Source of the DNA: the human T2T-CHM13v2.0 reference genome, Homo sapiens
Assembly: GCF_009914755.1 (NCBI RefSeq)
Contig: NC_060937.1
Length of the DNA: 64,000 nt
Reading direction: 5' to 3' (one strand)
Below are positions 54,905 through 64,000 of the stretch, one piece after another. The notes below the pieces were generated by a model. That model ran no database searches. It was not told the DNA's origin and worked only from the letters and a program-made list of their open reading frames with translations. A program made the translations under genes and the position numbers. The first letter of the stretch is position 1. Every line of letters starts with the position of its first letter.

Positions 54905-55624
54905 AACAGCAAAAATTTTAAGACCTCTAGAGAGCAAAGCAAGGAACACCAGTGGGTTTCAAAGGTAAGTAAAATTCTCAAATTATCAATGTCGTTACTG
55001 AAAGTTGGAATTTGTGTTAGTAATTATTTTAGCTATCATATATATTACATATATTTTCGCATGCATGAAATGTAAGAAATATTTTAAAATAGAAATAAAA
55101 AAATAAGTAATATAAACCCCTTTAAAAATAAATATTATTGGGAGTAGTCATTTGCCCTTTATGGAAATAAAAATTGGAGTAACCTCTTCAAAACAAATTT
55201 GTCAGTATGTATATAAGAAATTCAAAATGTGTCTACCATTTGCCCCAGCATACCACTTCCAGAAATTTCTCCTAAAAATATACTTACGGGTGTGTGCAAG
55301 GTCGCAGTTATAAGGATGCTTTACCCCCTGTACTGTGATTTATGATAGCAGAAATTATGGCTAAAGCCAACGTTTGACAATTAGGGAACAATCATATAAA
55401 TAAGGGTATGTCCACATAATAAATTTTGCCATAATTATTATAAATAAATAAAATAATGCTGCATGTCACTATTGTACATTTCAATGTCCACATTCTTTCC
55501 AAAGTTTTCACAGCATATTTAGTGCTCAAAGATGTTCCTTTACATTTTTGTAACTTCTTTGAAAAACTTTTTTCAATTATAAAAGCTTTTATTATTTTTG
55601 CCAGGTTAATTTTAAATTTTGCTT

Positions 55625-55903
55625 TGTTTTAACTGACAAAATATTGTATATATTTATTGCATAAAAATATAGTTTTAAAATATGTATACATTTTGCAATG
55701 GCCAAATTGAGCTAATTAACATATACATTACTTCACATAATTATTGATTGTGGTGAGAATACTTAAAATCTACTCTCTTAGCAATTTTCAAGAGTATAAT
55801 ACATGTTATTAATTATAGTCATTATAGTTATTTATACAATAGATCACTTGATCTTATTCTTCTTCACTAATGGAAATTGTGTATTATTTGACCATCTCCC
55901 CCA
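55625..55903 (-). mobile_element. L1MA 3' end
   Basis: gtggtgagaatacttaaaatctactctcttagcaattttcaag...tacaatagatcacttgatcttattc. Confidence 0.8.
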
Positions 55904-56989
55904 AAAGACAGGTACAAGTATTCCTTGTTTGTACTTAACTACTTATATATTTTTTCTATACCAGGGGCATATATAATGCCAATTATATGTCTTCTATTTG
56001 TTTCAATTTATCATTTAAAGTCTGTATATACATTTAAAACTTCTATTTAAAACACATTGCTTCAAATACAATTGCTTATTTTTATCACATATAGTAGGAA
56101 TTACAAATAATGTATCATAAATGTTTCTAAGTGACTGAAAGGCACTGATGAGCTTTGGCATGTGAGCATCCTAAAAAATAATGCAATGCAATATCTCTTT
56201 ACACCTTTGTAATAGGCATGCCTGAGAAAGCTGGATAATGCAGAGAGCTGGTTGTATGCAAGACAGGAAATCACTCCCACACTTCAGGTGGGCGGGTGAA
56301 CTAGTGTAGTCCATTTGTAGATCAATTTGGAAAAGTCTAGTCAAATAAATATATGACCCAAACCTTCAATTCCTGGAAGTAGGAGCCAAAGGAATGTCTA
56401 CATATAGAAGATTGTATTTTACATAGTATTAGGGAGTTGGAAGTGATCTGTGTTCATGGTTGGGTAGGGCATAGCAAAATGTGGTAAGAGCACAACATGA
56501 TGCACTTGGCTATAGGTAGAATCAGTAAACTACATAAAGACATAGACATGTACTAAGTATGCAAACAAAAAGTAGATTAATCTTAGAATTTTAGAGCAGA
56601 GTAAAAAGAGTTGAATAAAAAACAAAAAATGTACACTTCCGCTTTCCTTCTAACTCACGTCCCAGATTAAGCTATTTTAACAATGAGACCCAAACGTTTG
56701 TTTGATATGCCCAAGGTTACCATAGTTATTATATTCTTTATTGGTCTATTTTTATACAATCTGCATGCTAACTAAGCATGGTTTTTAACTTTGTAAATGG
56801 TTGTTAAAGGAATGAAAGAAGCAGGAGGAGTAGAAAGGGGAGGATAGGAAGAAGGAAAAGAGGAAGTAGAGAAGAAAGGGAGAAAGACCATAAGTCTAAG
56901 ATATTTACCATCTGAAACTCTAAGGAAAAATCTTGGCCGGTCTTTGCTATTAACAGTCATTCAGGGACCCATCTCCTTTGTCTTACTGC

Positions 56990-57184
56990 TCTGGGCTTCT
57001 CAATCTGCAGCAAGCATCAATATCACCCACCTATAAGGCTGTAAACCAGATTGCGGACCCCATCTCTGAATTTCTGACTCAGTAGGTCTGGTACACAGCC
57101 AGAGAATTCACAGTGCTGAAACTAACAGTTTCTGAGGTGAGACGGATGCTGTGTACCTGGGAAGAACACTCTGAGGACCAGTGC
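56990..57184. mobile_element. MER5A-like hAT relic
   Basis: ttctcaa...gcatcaatatcacc...ttctgactcagtaggtctgg...gatgctg...acactctgaggaccagtg. Confidence 0.65.
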
Positions 57185-57569
57185 CTTGGAGCACTGCTGT
57201 TAACTTGCCTACTTGAAACCACATTACCCCCACATCTGGGTAGCACAGAGTAGGAAGTAAGAGAAACAACACATTTAGTATTCTGAGGCTCAGACCTGGA
57301 AGTGTTTCACATCACCCTGCTTTCATTCCACATGGACACACCAAGCTGCAGAAAATTCTGAAAAATGTAATTTATAATTCTATTACTATTGAATAAGGTG
57401 ATGATGAATTTTGGTAGAAAATTAGCAATCTCTGCTACTGTAGTATTTACATAAATTAAAAGTGCATGAAAATGAAGTAAAAAATGCCCATTATAAAAGA
57501 ACATATGGAAACAAAAACCTGCATATTAAATCATGAAATTGATTGCCTCTGTGGGAAGGGAAATGGGTG

Positions 57570-57573
<4 letters not shown>

Positions 57574-57613
<40 letters not shown>
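57574..57613. repeat. (TG)n microsatellite
   Basis: About 20 perfect TG units. Confidence 0.97.
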
Positions 57614-57614
<1 letters not shown>

Positions 57615-57698
57615 ATGTAATTTTCACAGACCAATCAATAATGTAAACTGAGTAAAATAATTCAATTATCTGTACTTGAGGTTAAAATAAAAAATCAG

Positions 57699-57993
57699 GG
57701 CTAGGCACTGTGGCTCACTCCTGTAATCCCAGCACTTTGAGAGGCCGAGCGGGGTAGATCACTTGAGGCCAGGAATTCGAGACCAGCCTGGCCAACATGA
57801 CAAAACCCCGTCTTTACTAAAAATACAAAAATTAGCCAGGAGTGGTGGTACATGCCTGTAGTCCCAGTTACTCAGGAGGCTGAGGCATGAACTGGGGAGG
57901 CACAGGTTGCAGTGAGCTGAGATCATGCCGCTGCACTCCAACATGGGTGAAAGAGCCAGATTTTGTCTCAGAAATAAATAAAATAAAATAAAA
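57699..57993 (+). mobile_element. Alu (AluS-like) with a small right-arm deletion
   Basis: Dimer; gaggctgaggca|tgaac lacks ~11 nt; TSD-like aaaatcag/aatatcag. Confidence 0.93.
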
Positions 57994-58334
57994 TATCAGT
58001 CATCCTACAAATAAGCATGTATTTACTTCAGAAAAATACATATAAATTTGTCTTGGAAATTTAATTTATTTTTATACATTGATTATAACTTAATTACCTA
58101 AGTTTTTGAGTAATTATAGTACTTAATTTATTTAAAATTTGAAGAACCTGCCATGCGCAACATGAGAAACAAAGGCTGAATCAGTGCTTATTCAGACTTA
58201 TTAAAAATGAAAACTAAAATGATTTGCTACTACAGCTCTTTGTCACAGAAAAAACAAAAGCCCATTTTGGTTCAAAGCCTATGATACTGCAAAGCTTCAG
58301 AAGATTTGGCAATTTCTCATCACTAAGAAATATA

Positions 58335-58590
58335 ATAATAATAACGTAGCTGACATTTACCAAAAGCTTATAGTACAATGAGCATGCTGTACTAAGAGTT
58401 TTGCATGTACCTGCTTATTTAATCATTGAAATGACTGAATGAGATAGGTACTACTACAATCACCACTTTATGTACCAGGAAACTGAAGTACACACAATAA
58501 AATAAGCAAGATCGCTAGTTAGTATCTAAGAGCCAGGTTTGAAACTTCTGTTGTCCTTCTCTCTGAGCCTGCATTTTTCAGCCACTACCT
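58335..58590 (-). mobile_element. MIR
   Basis: agctgacattta...tgagataggtact...aggaaactgaag...gagccaggtttgaa...ttcagccactac. Confidence 0.7.
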
Positions 58591-59183
58591 TAAACTTTCT
58601 CTTTGTAGAAAGAGAACATTGTTAAACACTGTAATAATGAGGGAGCAGCACACACACCCAGTGTGTGCCACAAACACACAGAACATCATTAGTACATGAA
58701 ATAAAATGTTTTGCTGTGATGTTTTCAGAGAAAGATAGGATAAAGTCACAGTCACAGAATTAGTAAGAATAGCTTCTATATTCTTCCTAGTCCTAAAATA
58801 AGCTCTGCTCTTCTGTGATGTACTAAGATAGAGAGAACTGTTGTTTAAATAGTGGAAATAATGTTATCTCTGTTGGTCAGAGGTGGCCGAATGACTTCTT
58901 TGAAGGTAAAACCTTGAAAATGAAGTTAAGTTGCTCAGAGATGAATTGACAGGTACTGATATCTGTTTGTATTTTCCACATTTTGAAGAGGAAAAGAGTG
59001 TTGCTGCTTTCTTATCTCCAAGGGGAGGAGAGGTTGATGGTGATTATTCCAATCCAGGGTTGGTGAACGACTGCCCTCTGGCCAAATCGGCCTGGCTGCC
59101 TATATATGCAAATGAAGCTGTATTGGACTCCAAGCACACTCAGAATTTAGATAGCAGGTATAGTTGATTTCCTGTAACTATGG

Positions 59184-60025
<842 letters not shown>

Positions 60026-60288
60026 ATGGCAGGGTTGAAAGGCCTTCGGGACCAGATATATTTACTACATCAATGATTAGGAAAAAATTGCTAAACTGTA
60101 TTTTAATTCAACAAAAGCAACTTGCCAAGATGAGGTTTGGGGAGCTCAAGTTTAAATCAGTCAGTGCTGACTAATGACACTCTTCTAGCCAATTGGATTA
60201 GGTTGAGAATGGGAATGTGACCTAATTCAGACAATGAGGCAAGAGGGACGTTTTCAAAGTGTGTATGGAAAATATTTCTCTAGCAGCA

Positions 60289-61377
60289 TGTGGCAAAATG
60301 AATAGTGTCACTCCCAAATTATTGCTTGTCTGGAACTCAGAATATAATCTTAATTGGAAGTAGAATTTACGCAGATGTAATTAGTTAAATATGTTCGTAA
60401 TAATATCCTGCCGGGTTTAGGGTGGGCCTTAAATTCAATGACTTGTGTCTTTATAAGAATAGGAGACAGCACAGAAACATACAGAGCAACGGTGTCAAAG
60501 CAAAAATTGCAGTGGTCAAAGTTAAGCAGGTGAGAAAAACTTTATTTGATTATATTACAATAGGGTAGAGAGGCTAAAACTCAGGCTGAGATCAAATCCA
60601 CTGACAAAAATGGCAGATATTTTAAGAGCTGGGGTGAGGGGATTCTAGGCCATATGTTTTTGTTAATTAGCTTTACCCAAAGGAAAATAAACTTTCTTAT
60701 CCTATCTTTTTGAAAATAAACTTTCTCATCCTATCTTCTTGAAAATAAACTTCCTCATCCTACCAATCTTCTTGACAGGAGGTAGTTTTACTACTTGGAG
60801 CAAGGTGCTCACTTTAGTTAGGCTCCTATTCTCCCAGATAGACCAATTTTCCTTGATAATTACATTTCAAAATATGGCTCTCAAGTATTTGAGAAAGATA
60901 ACTCAGGATTTTAAAACTGTCTAGTGACTTTGAAAAAGATTTATATGTCAAAGAGGCAGAGAACAAATTTGCAATTGCATGTTTTCTAAAGTAAATGCTC
61001 TAAGAAAAGGGAGGAAGAGCAATCTCCCTGGTTAGGTCACCTGGATTCTGTAGGGGCCAGAGTAGGAGGGAGGTGAGGTCTTAGAGGCAGAAAGAAGACT
61101 GTCTAAGGTTTATTCAAGCTGAGGGAAACCCTGAGGCTGGCTTGAGCAAAGCCCATGTGTTGGCAGAGATAGGATTTACGCTGCCACAAACTAAGGATGC
61201 CAGGACCTACAAGAGGCATAGGAAGAATACTTCCTTAAAGCTTTCAGGGGGAGCATGGCTCTGCCAGAAACTTAATTTAGGCTTCTGGATGCTTGATCTG
61301 TGAGAGAATGCATTTCTGAAATTTTAAACCACCCAGTTTGTTGTGATAGGTGATGGCAGTCATAGAATATGAATATA
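60289..61377 (+). mobile_element. MLT1 (C-like) LTR split by an ERV1 LTR
   Basis: gcagatgtaattagttaa...tttagggtgggccttaaattcaatgac [insert] ccatgtg...ggagcatggctctgcc...ttaaaccacccagtttg. Confidence 0.7.
60493..61148 (-). mobile_element. ERV1 solo LTR (MER67/MER31-like)
   Basis: tgtcaaagcaaaaattgca...aaagttaagcaggt...actttatt...gattacatttcaa-like...gagca; TG...CA termini. Confidence 0.6.
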
Positions 61378-62507
61378 CTATGGGCCATAAGTCTTCTTTC
61401 TCCCCAAGTTTGGATGTAGCCCTGGAAGTAATTGGTAAAAATCTTACTTTGGGATTAATTACACCCACTGTGGAAACCTGAGAATTGAGAGAAATTGTCC
61501 TAGTAATATCGATGAAATGCAAAATCAAGTCAATATACATTGGGCCTCTATTTATCCATCTTGTTTTTTGAAGCAATAAATGCCATTTAGGTTGATGTAG
61601 TTTTGAGATGGAACCCTGTTACTTGCAAACAAAAACATCTTAATTGGTGTATGCACTGCACAACTCGGGAGAGCAGCCCCACATAGATTACAGTGTGAAT
61701 GGCACTTTCTGGAATTATTCAAAGCTGCAATTCTACCTACTTCCTTATGGTCATTTTGCATCCTTCAACATTATACCAAGCAAAGCAGTTTGAATGCTCT
61801 GTGAGTCTCGGGGTTACCACTACTACCTTTTGGGAGATATACTGTGAGAATTAAATAGCAGCATATATGAATTATTTTGTAAATTATTTCATGTTTTAGA
61901 AACTTTAATTTGTAAAATGTATATAATAATATGTACTTTGCATAGTTATAAGGATTACATGTGAAAGGAAAAATAAAATCACACATTATGTCACATATTA
62001 AAAAGTAATAGATTTACTAAGAATCTAAAATTTGCTGGTGCTGTTACTATGACAATGACCACAGCAGTTTCTCCTCCTCCTCTTACTGAAGTTATAAAAT
62101 CATTGCAGGCTCTACAAACAAAAGAGGCTATAGTTGTATGAAAGAACACATCTGTAGCACAGCACTTTATTCACTTCAATACTGTAATCATCAAATCCGA
62201 GTACAAAACACATTTATACATTTTTTGATGAAAAATTTGCTTAGAAAAAAGCTAATATGTAATAAGTGGGCAAATGTGACCTTGAGAAAGCAAATAATGA
62301 ACTCATATCAATCTAATCATATTTAAGAGGAGCAAATGGAAAATCTTACTTTTACAAAATAATGTACAATTTTGGAGGAATTACAATACTTGATTTATGA
62401 GGCCTATTAGACACTATACAAATGAAGACAATAAAGAAGAGACTGGCCTAAAAATTGACAAATAGATCAAACAAAGTAAATATACAGCTCAGAAATTGAC
62501 CCACCTG

Positions 62508-63804
62508 TGTAACATAAAAATAAAATTCTAACCGATCACCCAAACTGACTAAATGGACCCCTTCTTGGCCAAGGAGATTGCAAAACAACTTGTAAACCAA
62601 AATTAAAATTCTAAGCTCCCCCAACCATCTGAATGGATGCCTCTCAGGCAAGAGCATTCCAAAGTTAACCTGAAAATCTAGTTCAGGCCATGATGGGAAG
62701 TTGGGGATGGACATGCCTCATTACCGTTAACATCAACACAGACCTTGATAAGACTGATAGAACAGCCTCTTTAAGTCTGATAAGAAACGTTTACAATCTA
62801 TTCTCTCTGAAGCCTGCTACCTGGAGGCTTCATCTGCATGATGAAACATTGGTCTCCACAACCTCTTATCATAACCCAGGCATTCCTTTCTATTGATTCC
62901 AGGCCTTTAGATAATAACTCAACCAATTGCCAATCAGAAAATCTTTGAATCTGACTATGACCTGGAAACCTCCCACCCCACCCATCAGTTCCTGTTGTCT
63001 TGCTCTTCTGGACAAATTCAATGTACATCTTACATGTATTCATTGATGTCTTATATTTCCCTAAAACAAATAAAACCAAACTGCAGCCTGACCACATTGG
63101 GCACAAGTCCCATGTCATCAGGATGAGGCTGTGTCACAGGCATGTTCTTAACCTTGGCAAAATAAACTTCTAGATTGATTCAGTCTTACCTCATATCCCT
63201 TTGGTTTACAAAGCTTAAAAACAGAATTCTCAGTCATGATGGGAAGGGAAGTTGGACACGCCTAATTATACCACTCCCTTTTGAAGTTTAAGCACAACAG
63301 CTGACCAGCAATAATGTTAAACTAGAGATTATAATACTGACAAAATAGACTCTTTGGGGCGATAAGATACCAAATTATAAAGAAGACCTAAGGTCATGCC
63401 AGGCAAAAGTTAAGTCTCACCTGCAGGCCATCTATCTTGCTAAATAGCATCTTCATCTTAACTAAACCATTCGTTTCTGTTGATTCCAAGTTTCAGGCAC
63501 AGCTTTATTCCTTTAACCAATTGCAATAAACGAATCTCTGAATCCACCTGTAGCCTATAAGCCCTCATTTCGAGGTATTCTTCCTTTTGGGGCCAAACTA
63601 GTTACACCTTCCATGAGTTGATTTTTGTCTTTGTCCGTAACTCCTGCCTGCCGAAAAGATGTTAAACCAAACCATGATCTGACCACTTCAGGGCCACTTA
63701 CTCAAAGCTTCTTGAGTTTGTGTTCTCTCTAGGTCCTGGTCATGCATATTGACTCAGAATAAAGCTCTTTAAAAATTTTACAGAGTTTGGTTTTTCTGCT
63801 AACA
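62508..63804 (+). mobile_element. MER4-group LTR (outer), inserted in an L1M fragment
   Basis: tgtaacataaaaataaaattctaa...ggaccccttcttggccaagg [insert] catgatgggaaggg...cagaataaagctctttaaaaattttacagagtttgg...aaca. Confidence 0.75.
62591..63210 (+). mobile_element. MER4-group LTR (inner, MER4B-like)
   Basis: Inverted termini tgtaaaccaaa...tttggtttaca; AATAAA at ~63161. Confidence 0.8.
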
Positions 63805-64000
63805 TATATATGCATTCATATGACACTTTTAAAATGAGACAAAGTAATCCAATGGGGATAGGATGCTTTTTCAACCAACGGTGTTGGAATGTCTCAAACC
63901 CACACGAAAAAAAATACTGTATTTGACTTTATACACCAAATTTAATTCAAAATGAAGCATAGATCCAAATGCAAATGCTAAAATTATAAAACTTCAGAGA

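Larger units (their letters stand above)
62340..64000 (+). mobile_element. Old L1M ORF2 fragment flanking the MER4 nest (62340-62507, 63805-64000)
   Basis: acaaatagatcaa...cagaaattgacccac resumes as ccaatgggga...tttttcaaccaacggtgttgg...ttaattcaaaatg. Confidence 0.55.

Overview
AT-rich, CpG-depleted primate DNA (human-like; AluJ, AluS and AluY, THE1, SVA2-type). It reads as intergenic or deep-intronic sequence. I find no credible protein-coding gene, tRNA, rRNA or CRISPR array. The listed ORFs are Alu, L1 or MaLR-derived, low-complexity or chance. A large part of the window is interspersed repeat, often nested: L1 fragments, Alus, two THE1 proviruses, MaLR and ERV1 solo LTRs, a decayed ERV-L gag-pol, DNA-transposon relics, MIR and L2. 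The most notable items are a rare SVA2-type VNTR retroposon with target-site duplications (TSDs), an old L1 with a twin-priming 5' inversion, a consensus CTCF site next to a repeat-free motif-dense candidate enhancer, an unexplained ~105-bp diverged duplication and a ~260-bp pyrimidine STR. I cannot support a new biological system from this sequence. Repeat subfamily names come from recalled consensus sequences and need Dfam/RepeatMasker confirmation. Boundaries are approximate unless a TSD is quoted.
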